From positions 1,088,001 to 1,152,000 of the forward strand of contig CBDIIB010000004.1 of assembly GCA_965279525.1 (NCBI GenBank): DNA of 64,000 nt. Reading direction: 5' to 3'. The notes below the pieces were generated by a model. It was not told the origin of the DNA and ran no database searches. It saw only the letters and a list, made by a program, of their open reading frames with translations. Of the stretch, positions 9,357 to 21,361 are shown piece by piece; the stretch's first letter is position 1; the number at the start of each line of letters is the position of its first letter. Both the position numbers and the translations under genes were made by a program. The stretch is from Tagaea sp. Its GTDB lineage: Bacteria > Pseudomonadota > Alphaproteobacteria > CACIAM-22H2.

Positions 9357-10520
9357 ATGCCCGACGGCGATCCCACGCTGACGCTGGAGACGGTCGACTC
9401 GCTCGCCGGGATCGCGCCTGCGGACTGGGACGCGTGTGCGGGTGCCGACAATCCGTTCGTCAGCCATGCGTTCCTGCTGGCGATCGAGGAATCGGGTTCG
9501 GCCACGGCCGAGACAGGCTGGGGTCCGCAGCATCTGGTCGCACGCGATGCCACGGGCACGCTCGTGGGTGCCGTGCCGATGTATCTGAAGGGCCACTCCT
9601 ATGGCGAGTACGTGTTCGACCATAGCTGGGCTGAAGGCTACCGGCGCGCCGGCGGGCGCTACTACCCCAAGCTCCAGGCGTGCGTGCCTTTCACGCCGGT
9701 GCCGGGCCCGCGCCTGCTCGCTCGGCCCGGCCCGTTCGCCGAGCGCGTGCGCGAGGCGATGGCGACCACGCTGACGGGCCTGCCCAAGCGCCTGGGCGTG
9801 TCGTCGCTGCACCTGACGTTCTGCACAAAGGACGAGGCCGAGCTGATGGAGGACGCGGGCTGCGTCATCCGCCACGGCTTCCAGTTCCACTGGTCGAACC
9901 GCGGCTACGGCGATTTCGATGCGTTCCTTGCCGAGCTCACGCACAACCGGCGCAAATCGATCCGCAAGGAACGGCGCGAGGTCGCCGACCAGAACGTCGA
10001 GCTTGTCCGGCTGACCGGCGGGGACATCAAACGCGAGCACTGGGACGCGTTCTTCGACTTCTACATCTCCACGTCCGACCGCAAATGGGGCAGCCCGTAC
10101 CTCACGCGCGACTTCTTCGACCGGCTGGGCGCCACGATGGCCGACAAGGTGCTGCTGGTGATGGCGCGCAAATCGGGCGACTGGGTCGCGGGTGCCCTCA
10201 ACCTGATCGGCAGCGACACGCTCTATGGCCGCAACTGGGGCTGCAGCGGCGACTTCAAGTTCCTGCATTTCGAGACCTGCTACTATCAGGCCCTCGATTT
10301 CGCCATCGAGCGCAAGATCGCGCGCGTCGAAGCGGGTGCGCAGGGCGAACACAAGCTGCAGCGCGGCTACATGCCCGTTCCGACCTGGAGCGCGCATGCG
10401 ATGCGCGAAACGGGATTCCAGACGGCGGTGCGCGATTTCTGCAAGCACGAGGCGGAGGCGGTCGCTGCCCACATCGTGGCCCTGGGCGCGGAAGGACCGT
10501 TCAAGACCCTTCCGTCTTGA
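9357..10520 (+). CDS. GNAT/FemAB-like N-acetyltransferase (DUF482 family)
   Basis: Start moved to ATG 9357; NPFVSHAFL, HSYGEYVFDHSWA, YYPKL, LYGRNWG, LHFETCYYQ, EAGAQGEHKLQRGY. Confidence 0.9.
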   Translation: MPDGDPTLTLETVDSLAGIAPADWDACAGADNPFVSHAFLLAIEESGSATAETGWGPQHLVARDATGTLVGAVPMYLKGHSYGEYVFDHSWAEGYRRAGGRYYPKLQACVPFTPVPGPRLLARPGPFAERVREAMATTLTGLPKRLGVSSLHLTFCTKDEAELMEDAGCVIRHGFQFHWSNRGYGDFDAFLAELTHNRRKSIRKERREVADQNVELVRLTGGDIKREHWDAFFDFYISTSDRKWGSPYLTRDFFDRLGATMADKVLLVMARKSGDWVAGALNLIGSDTLYGRNWGCSGDFKFLHFETCYYQALDFAIERKIARVEAGAQGEHKLQRGYMPVPTWSAHAMRETGFQTAVRDFCKHEAEAVAAHIVALGAEGPFKTLPS

Positions 10521-10941
10521 CCACTTGTGCTGCAGCGGCCGTCGCCTCTTCGGACTGGCGGCGCATGAATTCGCTGCGCATCTCGGCCGCGATCGCCTTT
10601 TCCGTCATCACGCGCAGGTTCTTCACGAACATGCGCAGCAACGCGCGCACGAAGGGGTCCGCCTCGCGGAGCTTTTCCTGGAACTGCTCGACCGAGATCG
10701 CGAGCACCGTCACGTCGGTCGACGCGATCGCGTCGGCCATGCGCGGCGAGCCGTCGATCAGCGCCATCTCGCCGAAGATCTCGCCGGCCGCGAGCGTGGC
10801 GATCACGCGCCGCTGGTCGACGACCGGGCGCACGATCTCGACCGTACCGCTCTGGATCACATAGGCCATGTCGCCGGCGTCTCCCTTGCGGAAGATCGCG
10901 CGGCCGGCCCGGACAAGCTTACGGGGCAGAATCTCAGCCAT
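10501..10941 (-). CDS. Stand-alone cyclic nucleotide-binding domain protein
   Basis: IFRKGDAGDMAYVIQSGTVEI and GEIFGEMALIDGSPRMADA phosphate-binding cassette; start moved to ATG 10941. Confidence 0.85.
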   Translation of the reverse strand: MAEILPRKLVRAGRAIFRKGDAGDMAYVIQSGTVEIVRPVVDQRRVIATLAAGEIFGEMALIDGSPRMADAIASTDVTVLAISVEQFQEKLREADPFVRALLRMFVKNLRVMTEKAIAAEMRSEFMRRQSEEATAAAAQVVKTEGS

Positions 10942-10949
10942 ACACAAAT

Positions 10950-12026
10950 CTAACACAGACCCCACAGCGCACGAACTGATGCCGCAGTGCAAAACGCAGG
11001 TGCCGGACGCGCCTTCGGAGCGGCATCGTCGATCCGCGCCGGAAAGCGTCCGAGCAGGTCGCGTGCGGCAAGCTGCGGATGGCCCGGCATCTCGTCCGGT
11101 GCAAGCACGACGGCAAAGCAGCAATCGACCGGGCCCAACAGGGTTTCCCAATCGGCCCGGCTGCGGCCAGCGAACAGTGCCGCGACCTCGCCGGTCAGGG
11201 ATGTCTGGGGCAGCTTTTCATCCTGGCGCGCGATCCAGTCGGGCCGCCCGACGGCGTCGCAGAAATTCGCCCAGAATTTGGGCTCGATGGCGCCCAGCGT
11301 GACATGCCCGTCGGTGCAGGCATAGACGCGATAGAACGCCGCCCCGCCATTGAGCAGGCCCGCCTCGCGATCCTGGGTGAAGCCGGGCCGGCCGTGCTGC
11401 GCCAGCAGCGGCCCCTGCCAGCCCGCCACGGTGTCGGCAAGGCTCGCATCCACATAGGCACCCTTGCCGCTCGTCGCACGCCCCAGCAGGGCCGCACAGG
11501 CCGCCAGTGCGGCGAACTGCGCGCTGGCATAGTCGGCGGTCGGCGGATGGGCGATCTGCGGTGCAGTGCTTGTGCCCGAGGCCCACAGCCCGCCACCCGT
11601 CGCCATGTAGTTGAGGTCGTGGCCGGTGCGCAGGCGCCATGGTCCCGTCTGGCCGTAGCCCGACAGCGCGACGTGCACGAGGCGCGGATTGAGCGCCGCG
11701 AGCGCCGCGCGCCCGAAACCGAGACGTTCGAGCGTGCCGGGGCGATAGGATTCGATCAGCACGTCGGCTTTCGCCAGAAGCGCTTCGAGCAGGGCCTTGC
11801 CGTCGGCCGTTTTCAGGTCGAGTTCGAGCACCGATTTGCCGGCGTTGAAGCCCTTCCACAGCGGCGAGATGCCGTCGGGATCGTGCGGACCGAGCCCGCG
11901 CATCGGATCGCCGCCGGGCGGCTCGATCTTGAGGACATGCGCACCCAGATCAGCCAGCAGCTGGGCCGCATAGGGACCTGGGATGTACTGCGAAAGATCG
12001 AGAACGCGCGTCCCGTCGAGGAACAT
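10950..12026 (-). CDS. CaiB/BaiF family (class III) CoA transferase
   Basis: RVLDLSQYIPGP, LADLGAHVLKIEPP, ADVLIESYRPG, SGYGQTGP, GHDLNY. Confidence 0.92.
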   Translation of the reverse strand: MFLDGTRVLDLSQYIPGPYAAQLLADLGAHVLKIEPPGGDPMRGLGPHDPDGISPLWKGFNAGKSVLELDLKTADGKALLEALLAKADVLIESYRPGTLERLGFGRAALAALNPRLVHVALSGYGQTGPWRLRTGHDLNYMATGGGLWASGTSTAPQIAHPPTADYASAQFAALAACAALLGRATSGKGAYVDASLADTVAGWQGPLLAQHGRPGFTQDREAGLLNGGAAFYRVYACTDGHVTLGAIEPKFWANFCDAVGRPDWIARQDEKLPQTSLTGEVAALFAGRSRADWETLLGPVDCCFAVVLAPDEMPGHPQLAARDLLGRFPARIDDAAPKARPAPAFCTAASVRALWGLC

Positions 12027-12048
12027 GCCGACGGGACGCGCGCGCTTC

Positions 12049-14403
<2,355 letters not shown>

Positions 14404-14615
14404 GCGCTGTTCAACTCCCCTCTTCCCGGGACGGCCAGCGGGGCCGGTCGTCCGAGGCGGTGCAAGCAGTGGGCCGCGACCTGTCGGGATAGAGCTTACG
14501 GGCCAATCGGCGCGATGCCAACTCCACGACCGTCCTATTTACGCACTCGGTCCTTAACAAGTTAGGTGCATCCGTCGCGAAATACGAGAGATGCGCCGGA
14601 GTCGCCACCGGCCGC

Positions 14616-14963
14616 TCACTCTTTTTCGAGCGTGCAGCGCAGCGGATGCTGGCTGCGCCTTGCGAATTCGGTGACCTGGTTGACCTTGGTTTCCGCGACC
14701 TCGTAGGTGAATACGCCGCACACGCCCACGCCGCGGCGGTGCACCTGCAGCATGATGTCGGTCGCTTCCTGGCGGGTCTTGGAGAAGTACTTCTCGAGGA
14801 CGTGGACGACGAACTCCATCGGCGTGTAGTCGTCGTTCAGCATCAGCACCTTGTACATGGCCGGCCGCTTCGTGCGCGTGCGCGTCTGCAGCGCCACGCC
14901 CGAGCCGTTGCCGTCATCCCCGGTCCGGCCGGGGCTACGGCCGTTGTCTTTTTCGTCGCTCAT
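14616..14963 (-). CDS. clpS: ATP-dependent Clp protease adaptor ClpS
   Basis: [31 protein letters not shown]; start moved to ATG 14963. Confidence 0.95.
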   Translation of the reverse strand: MSDEKDNGRSPGRTGDDGNGSGVALQTRTRTKRPAMYKVLMLNDDYTPMEFVVHVLEKYFSKTRQEATDIMLQVHRRGVGVCGVFTYEVAETKVNQVTEFARRSQHPLRCTLEKE

Positions 14964-15111
14964 GGAGATCGGTCGAAACACGCTGGCTTCCGGTCGAATG
15001 ACAAAATCGTTCACGACCAATGATATGGCATTCGCCGCGGCCGAATAAAGGGGTGCCGTCGAAGGCCATCGAACACCTTGTTCGCAAACGCAAAATGGCG
15101 CCTGAAAACGG

Positions 15112-15145
15112 AAAAGCCCGGCCCCCTTGCGGGAGCCGGGCTCTT
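15112..15145 (-). terminator. Rho-independent terminator of the phasin gene
   Basis: Minus strand AGCCCGGCTCCC-GCAA-GGGGGCCGGGCTTTT. Confidence 0.75.
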
Positions 15146-15189
15146 GCCGATTCGATTCGACTTCCGCCCGAAGGCGGAGGTGCGAAAGC

Positions 15190-15840
15190 TCAGGCCGCGT
15201 TGGCGGGCTTCAGCAGCTTCTCGACGGCCACGTTGACGCGGGCGTTGATCGGCTCGAGTGCCTCGTTGGCGACCTTGATCGACATCTCCGAAAGCTTCGT
15301 GCCTTCGGCGACGAACTTGTCGAACGTGGTCTTCGCGAAGTCGGTCTGCAGGTCGACCGCTTCCTTCAGCGTCTTGGCGCCGAGGAGCTGCTTGGCGACG
15401 GCGGCCGAAGCCTCGACCGTCTCCTGGGTCAGCGCGTACCAGGCCTTGCCGAAGGTCTCGAAGCCCTTGGCGTAGACCGTCGACGCGGCGACGGCCGCTT
15501 CCATGTTCTCCTTCGAGAACTTGGTCATGTCCTCGAGCGCCTTCGTGCTCTGGACCTGGGCCTTCTCGACCTGCTCCTTGGCGGGGCCGAAGAACTGCTC
15601 GAAGCCCTTGAACTGCTCGAAGCCCTTGGGGCTGAAGATCTGGGCGAACTGCTGGAACTGCTCGTTCATGGTGGATCCTTTCACGATCGGGAGGGCGATC
15701 GCGGGGATCGCCGTCTTGGTTGGGGTCATGTTGGTCGGTACCGGTTTCGGGGCGGCAGTCTTGGGCGGGGCGACGGCAGCCGGCACGGCCTTGATGGCCG
15801 TCGGCTTGGTCCCCTTAGCCTTGTCTTTGGCTTTACCCAT
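15190..15840 (-). CDS. phaP: Phasin (PHA granule-associated protein); alternative start at 15669
   Basis: Phasin_2-like core [10 protein letters not shown]...[16 protein letters not shown]...EPINARV; upstream of clpS as is common in alphaproteobacteria; TGC-rich boxes upstream. Confidence 0.85.
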   Translation of the reverse strand: MGKAKDKAKGTKPTAIKAVPAAVAPPKTAAPKPVPTNMTPTKTAIPAIALPIVKGSTMNEQFQQFAQIFSPKGFEQFKGFEQFFGPAKEQVEKAQVQSTKALEDMTKFSKENMEAAVAASTVYAKGFETFGKAWYALTQETVEASAAVAKQLLGAKTLKEAVDLQTDFAKTTFDKFVAEGTKLSEMSIKVANEALEPINARVNVAVEKLLKPANAA

Positions 15841-15866
15841 TCTGGCACCCGTCTCCGGAAGTGAAA

Positions 15867-15950
15867 TGCTGCAACGCAACATGATCACAATATGGGCTGC
15901 CGGCCCTCTGGGTCAAGGGGTTTTTGTGCGCCGCAACATAGCAACTGCAA
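15867..15950 (-). promoter_or_regulatory. Phasin promoter flanked by putative PhaR (AniA) boxes
   Basis: TGCTGCAACGCAACA (15867-15881), TGTGCGCCGCAACA (15925-15938) and GCAACTGCAA (15941-15950) around minus-strand TTGACC...CATATT. Confidence 0.65.
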
Positions 15951-15987
15951 TATTTAATTCAAAGGGCTGAAAACAAACGATGAATAA

Positions 15988-16674
15988 TTAGAATGGACGC
16001 CACTGTTGGCGCAAACCGTCGGGGGCGAGCTGGACATCGAAGTTCATGTCGGAAGCACCGTTGCGCATCCGGGTCAGGTGGTCGCCATAGGTATTCGAAC
16101 TGACCGGATTGACGGGGATCTCCGTGCGATCCTGGGCATAGAGCAGGGCCGGGAAACGAAGTGCGGCAAAACCGGGCGAGCCGTTGCGCCAGCCGTTGAT
16201 GTGGAACTTGCCGTCGGCACAGGCCGCGACGATCCAGTAATGGTCCCACGACGGGAAATTCTGTCCGCTCGCCGTCGGCCCGCCGAAGCCGTCTTCTTCA
16301 AGCTGGCGTGCGATCGCGCGATAGGCGGCCACATCGAGCGTGGTCGTCGCCTCGCGCTTCGGGCTGAACGCGTTGGCGGCATCGCCGCGATAATCGATGA
16401 GCGCGAAGCCGGAATGCGGAACGCGGACCTGCAGCGTGGCACCCGTTTCGGTGCGCACGAGGTCGTAGCTGCGGACCTGCAGGTCGAGCACGGCGTTGTA
16501 GACGAAGCGGTAGCGCGCCGGCGATCCGGGCTTGCAGGAATCGCGGATGTCTTCGCCGCCGAGAAAAGGGAACCAGGAGAAGCGGCCGGTGACCGGCTGG
16601 TCGACCCGGCTTGCGTCGCTGCACGCCGAAACAAGCAGGCTCGCGGCCAAAGTGACGATCGAAATCACACGCAT
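15988..16674 (-). CDS. Hypothetical lipoprotein
   Basis: Signal peptide with lipobox (LLVSA-C); 228-aa ORF with protein-like composition. Confidence 0.7.
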   Translation of the reverse strand: MRVISIVTLAASLLVSACSDASRVDQPVTGRFSWFPFLGGEDIRDSCKPGSPARYRFVYNAVLDLQVRSYDLVRTETGATLQVRVPHSGFALIDYRGDAANAFSPKREATTTLDVAAYRAIARQLEEDGFGGPTASGQNFPSWDHYWIVAACADGKFHINGWRNGSPGFAALRFPALLYAQDRTEIPVNPVSSNTYGDHLTRMRNGASDMNFDVQLAPDGLRQQWRPF

Positions 16675-16805
16675 CCGGCATTCCTCGATTCGAGTCGAAC
16701 TGGCCTATCTAATATCATGGAATAGCGGTTTTTTATGGACACCGGAATCCTCAGTCGTTTACTCTCGATTCGCTGAAACAATTTGTAACAGGGGGTCTTC
16801 CTGAC

Positions 16806-18140
16806 GTGACAGCTTCTCGACCGGACGACAGCCCCGCCCGCCAGCCGAAAACCTTCCGCCGCTCCCTCGTGCGTCTGGCGCTTGCCGGTCTGCTGACTGT
16901 CGCCGCATCCTTCTTCGCGCCGGCCGAGGCGCGCTATGCCTCGATCGTCGTCGATTTCGAAACCGGCCGGATCCTGCACGAGCAGGGGGCCGACGAGCGC
17001 CGCCACCCGGCATCGCTGACGAAGATGATGACCCTCTATCTGATCTTCGAAGCCCTCGACCAGAAGCAGATCTCGCTCGACACGCGCTGGAACGTCAGCG
17101 CCTTCGCCGCCGGCCAGTCGCCGACCAAGCTCGGCCTCGAGGAAGGCGACCGCATCCGCGTGCGCGACGTGATCCTGGGGCTCGTCACGCGTTCGGCCAA
17201 CGATGCCGCGGTCGTCGCCGCCGAAGGGCTTGCCGGCACCGAAGCGCGTTTCGCCGAACTGATGACCCGCCGCGCCCGCCAGATTGGCATGCCGTCGACC
17301 GTCTTCATGAATGCCCACGGCCTTCCCAACGACGCCCAGGTCACGACCGTGCGCGACATGGCCACGCTGGGGCGCGAACTCATCAAGCGCTTCCCGCACC
17401 ACTACCATTATTTCTCGACCGCCGAGTTCGTCTACGAGGGCCGCACCTTCGCCAACCACAACCGGCTGATGCGCTGGTTCGAGGGTGCGGACGGGATCAA
17501 GACCGGCTTCATCCGCGCGTCGGGCTTCAATCTCGTCGCGTCGGCCGTGCGCGACGGCCGGCGGATCGTCGGCGCCGTGATCGGCGGCCCCAATCCCACC
17601 GAGCGCGACCAGTACATGGGCAAGCTTCTCGACGCGGGCTTCAACCGCACGGGCGAAATGCCCGCCGTCCGCCAGGCACGGGCCACCGCGACCCAGACCG
17701 CGAGCGCGCCGCGCCAGGTCGCCTCGACGGCCGGCACCGCCAAAGCGGCCCCGGCGAAGGCCGCCGCCAAGCCGGCCAAGGCCGAGCCCAAGGCGAAAGC
17801 CGCACCCAAGCGCGAGACCGGCGGGCAGGCGATCCACCGGACCGAGGCGACCGAATGGTCGATCCAGGTCGGCGCCTTCAACCAGCGTGCCCTCGCCCGC
17901 AAGGCGGCGGAAGAAGCCGTCCGCGTGGCGGCCAAGCACGTCGCCGACGCCGAGATCCAGATCATCGGCCCTGCGTCGACCGCGCGCAGTGCCGCTTCCC
18001 ACCGCGCCCGCCTGACCGGCCTTACCCAGACCCAGGCGCGCGCGGCCTGCCGCGTGCTCGACCAGCGCGACATGGATTGCATGATCGTCGGACCGGTCAC
18101 GGAAAAGCGGACCTCCGGCAGCCTCGCCAGCGCGGGCTGA
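16806..18140 (+). CDS. D-alanyl-D-alanine carboxypeptidase (peptidase S11) with C-terminal SPOR domain
   Basis: PASLTKMMT (SxxK), SAND (SxN), GIKTGF (KTG), Ala/Lys linker, WSIQVGAF SPOR motif. Confidence 0.93.
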   Translation: MTASRPDDSPARQPKTFRRSLVRLALAGLLTVAASFFAPAEARYASIVVDFETGRILHEQGADERRHPASLTKMMTLYLIFEALDQKQISLDTRWNVSAFAAGQSPTKLGLEEGDRIRVRDVILGLVTRSANDAAVVAAEGLAGTEARFAELMTRRARQIGMPSTVFMNAHGLPNDAQVTTVRDMATLGRELIKRFPHHYHYFSTAEFVYEGRTFANHNRLMRWFEGADGIKTGFIRASGFNLVASAVRDGRRIVGAVIGGPNPTERDQYMGKLLDAGFNRTGEMPAVRQARATATQTASAPRQVASTAGTAKAAPAKAAAKPAKAEPKAKAAPKRETGGQAIHRTEATEWSIQVGAFNQRALARKAAEEAVRVAAKHVADAEIQIIGPASTARSAASHRARLTGLTQTQARAACRVLDQRDMDCMIVGPVTEKRTSGSLASAG

Positions 18141-18279
18141 TCCGGAAATCGGAACGCCGCCACCCTCCCCGCGCGCGCGGGCAAAAGGAGCTGGCCACAC
18201 AACAAATGTAAGCTAGGATCGTCGACGGGAAGAACGTCGAACGAGAAATTCGTCACGTCCCGCGAAAAGGGAGGCCGAA

Positions 18280-18738
18280 TTGGAACCGCCATTGCCGGCA
18301 CCCCGCTTTGCCGGCCCGCTGCCCGTCGCGCGCGCGCAGTCTCTGCTGTCCCTTGCGAAATTCTCGGATGCCGCCTTCACCCGCGACGGGCCGCGCGCCG
18401 ACGTCGAGTATCGCGATCTCGGACTCGCCGCCGCCAGCGGCGGCCGGATCGGCGCCAAGCACATCCGCGCGATCCGGCCCTTCGAGAAGGAAACCGGCTG
18501 GCACTGGCACGACATGACCGGCCATTTCGTGTTCGTGATCCGCGGCTGGATTAAGTTCCGTTTCGCCGGCAACGACGGCCTCGTGACCGCAAGCGTGGGC
18601 GACTGCCTATCCCAGCCCGGCGGCGTGGCGCACAACGTCATCGACCGGTCGGACGATCTCGAACTGATCGAGATCAACATGCCCGCCGAGTTCGGCACGC
18701 GCGATCTCGACCGCGAGCCGAAGGAAACGGCCACATGA
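18280..18738 (+). CDS. Cupin domain protein
   Basis: TGWHWHD and PGGVAHN metal-ligand motifs; TTG start with GGGAGG RBS; ATGA overlap with the permease. Confidence 0.8.
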   Translation: MEPPLPAPRFAGPLPVARAQSLLSLAKFSDAAFTRDGPRADVEYRDLGLAAASGGRIGAKHIRAIRPFEKETGWHWHDMTGHFVFVIRGWIKFRFAGNDGLVTASVGDCLSQPGGVAHNVIDRSDDLELIEINMPAEFGTRDLDREPKETAT

Positions 18739-19520
18739 AAATCCCGGTCTGGCTGCGCCGGCGGGCCGGCGCCCTCGCGATGTTCGTGCTGCTGTTCGCC
18801 GTGTGGGAAATCGGCGTGCGCATCCTCGAGATCAAATCCTACCTGCTGCCGGCACCGACCAAGATCTGGGCGGACTTCGCCAAGCGCGCCGACATCGTGG
18901 GTTCCGCCACCATCGTCACGGCCTCCGAGATGCTCGGCGGCTATCTCCTCGCGGTCGCGGTCAGCATCCCCTTCGCACTCGCCGTCGCCTATTCGCGCTT
19001 CCTGGAAACGTCGGTCTATCCCGTCGTCGTCTTCCTGCAGATCATCCCGAAGATCGCGATCGCCCCGCTGTTCATCATCTGGTTCGGCTTCGGCTACTTC
19101 CCCAAGCTGCTGATCGTCTTCCTGCTCTCGTTCTTCCCGATCGTCGTGTCCAGCATCGCGGGCTTCAAGTCGGTCGATCCCGAGATCATGGATTTCGCGC
19201 GCACGACCGGTGCCGGCGGCTGGAAGATGTTCGTGCGCATCCGCCTGCCGCAGGCACTGCCCGAGATCTTCACGGGCCTCAAGGTGGGTGCCGCCCTTTC
19301 GGCGACGGCCGCCCTCGTCGCCGAGTTCGTCGCGTCCGACCGCGGCCTCGGCTACCTGCTGCTGCAGTACAACGGCAATCTCGAGACGCCGATGGTGTTC
19401 GCCATCATCGTCGTGCTCAGCGCCATCGGCCTGGCGCTCTACTACACGGTCGAACTCATCGAGAAACTGACGATCCCCTGGCACGTGTCGCAGAACGCCG
19501 CCGGGCCGACACCGAACTGA
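18735..19520 (+). CDS. ABC transporter permease (NitT/TauT family)
   Basis: Hydrophobic segments, LPAPTKI, PKIAIAPLFIIWFG, IRLPQALP, AEFVASDRGLG. Confidence 0.93.
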   Translation: MKIPVWLRRRAGALAMFVLLFAVWEIGVRILEIKSYLLPAPTKIWADFAKRADIVGSATIVTASEMLGGYLLAVAVSIPFALAVAYSRFLETSVYPVVVFLQIIPKIAIAPLFIIWFGFGYFPKLLIVFLLSFFPIVVSSIAGFKSVDPEIMDFARTTGAGGWKMFVRIRLPQALPEIFTGLKVGAALSATAALVAEFVASDRGLGYLLLQYNGNLETPMVFAIIVVLSAIGLALYYTVELIEKLTIPWHVSQNAAGPTPN

Positions 19521-19550
19521 AAATCCAAAAAAAGACGACAGGAGGAAACC

Positions 19551-20522
19551 ATGAAACTTCGAAACCTGATCCTGGGCCTTGCCGCCGCATTCGCGGTCGT
19601 GGCGGGTCCGGCCGGCGCACAGGAGGCCGTGTCGCTGCGCCTCAACTGGTATCTGGGCGGGCTGCACGTCCCCTACTACTACGGCGTCGAGCGCGGCTTC
19701 TTCAAGGCCGAGGGCATCGACCTCACGATCAACGAGGGCCGCGGCTCGGCCAACACGGTGCAGGTCGTGGGTGCCGGCTCCGACACGTTCGGCATGGCGG
19801 ACTCTTCCAGCGTCGTCTCGGCGATCGCCAAGGGCGTCGAGATCAAGTCGGTCAAGTCGCTGCTGAACTCGACCGGCTTCGCGGTCGTCTCGCTCGCCTC
19901 GACCGGCATCAAGACCCCCAAGGATCTCGAAGGCAAGTCGCTCGCCGTCTCGCCGGGCGATCCGCTGGGCCAGCTCTTCCGCGCACTCGCCGCGCACAAC
20001 AACCTCGACATGAACAAGATCCGCTTCGTGCAGGTCGATCCGGCGGCGAAGGTCGTGACGGTGCTTGAAAAGCGCGCCGACGCGCTTCTCGGCGGTGCCG
20101 ACGACCAGTTCTTCCTGATCAAGTACCGCGGGCAGGAACCGGCGGCCCTGCGCTATGCCGACCACGGCGCCAACATCGTCGGCATGACGATCCTTGCCAG
20201 CAACGCCACGATCAAGGCCAAGCCCGACATGGTCCGCCGCTTCCTGCGCGCGTCGGTCAAGTCGTGGGAGGAGGCGCGCAAGAACCCGGATGCCGCCGTC
20301 GACGCCGCGATGAAGGTGAAGCCCGACCTCAACCGCCAGTCGACCAAGGACCAGATGATGGTCGATTTCGAACTGCTCGACTCGCCCAACAGCAAGGGCC
20401 GCATCGGCCGGGGCGCCGAGGCCGACTGGAACCAGACGATCGACTTCCTGAAGAAGTACCGCGAACTCGAGACCAAGGACACCTGGGCCGCGTTCCACAC
20501 GAACGAGTTCCTGCCGCAGTGA
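19551..20522 (+). CDS. ABC transporter substrate-binding protein (NMT1/THI5-like)
   Basis: Signal peptide; LRLNW...HVPYYYGVERGFFKAEGIDL, EGRGS, IKTPKDLEGK. Confidence 0.9.
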   Translation: MKLRNLILGLAAAFAVVAGPAGAQEAVSLRLNWYLGGLHVPYYYGVERGFFKAEGIDLTINEGRGSANTVQVVGAGSDTFGMADSSSVVSAIAKGVEIKSVKSLLNSTGFAVVSLASTGIKTPKDLEGKSLAVSPGDPLGQLFRALAAHNNLDMNKIRFVQVDPAAKVVTVLEKRADALLGGADDQFFLIKYRGQEPAALRYADHGANIVGMTILASNATIKAKPDMVRRFLRASVKSWEEARKNPDAAVDAAMKVKPDLNRQSTKDQMMVDFELLDSPNSKGRIGRGAEADWNQTIDFLKKYRELETKDTWAAFHTNEFLPQ

Positions 20523-20540
20523 TCGACGGCGGTACTCAAG

Positions 20541-21348
20541 ATGACCGTCACCGCCCCGGCAAGCGCCGGGGCGGCTGACGCGCATATCGAGATCGAAGGC
20601 CTGCGTCATGTGTTCCGGCGCGAGGAGAAGACCACGCATGCCATCGAGCGCGTGGACCTGAAAATTCCACGCGGCGAGTTCGTCGCGATCGTGGGCGCTT
20701 CCGGCTGCGGCAAGAGCACGCTCTTGAAGATCGTCGCCGGCCTGCTTTCGCACAGCGAAGGCTCGGTCAAGTTCGAAGGGCGCGAGGTGCGCGGCGCCCA
20801 GACCAATCTCGGCATCGTGTTCCAGAGCCCGGTGCTGCTCGAATGGCGCAACGTCATCGACAACGTGCTGATCCAGCTCGAGCTGCGCGACATCGACCCG
20901 AAACCCTTCCGCGCCCGCGCCGAGCAGCTGCTGCGCGACGTCGGGCCTCGGCGACTTCTTCGACCGGCTGCCGCGCGAGCTTTCCGGCGGCATGCGCCAG
21001 CGCGCGGCCATCGTGCGCGCCCTCATCCACGATCCGCCGCTGGTGATGATGGACGAGCCGTTCGGCGCGCTCGACGCGCTGACGCGCGAGCAGATGCGCA
21101 TCGACCTCGAGAAGCTGTGGCTCGCGCGCCGCCAGACGATGGTGTTCGTCACGCATTCCATCGGCGAGGCGGTGGCACTCGCCGACCGCGTCGTCGTCAT
21201 GACGCCGCGCCCGGGCAAGATCGACCGCATCGTGCCCATCGACCTGCCGCGCCCGCGCGACAAGGACACCATCGCGAGCAAGCGATTTTCCGAATATGTC
21301 GAGGAGATCACCGAGCGGTTCATGCGCCACGGCGTGATCCGCTACTGA
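20541..21348 (+). CDS. ABC transporter ATP-binding protein (NitT/TauT) with a +1 frameshift at 20943-20945 (probable sequencing error)
   Basis: Walker A GASGCGKS in one frame; LSGGMRQR, MMDEPFGALD and VTHS in the next; removing one G restores DVGLGDFFDRLPRELSGG. Confidence 0.85.
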
Positions 21349-21361
21349 AGGAGTGTTTCCG

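Noticed and set aside
15070-15084. CGAAC-ACCTT-GTTCG palindrome as an SOS box upstream of clpS
   Set aside because: Spacing fits neither the Firmicute (N4) nor the alphaproteobacterial direct-repeat (GTTC-N7-GTTC) LexA box.
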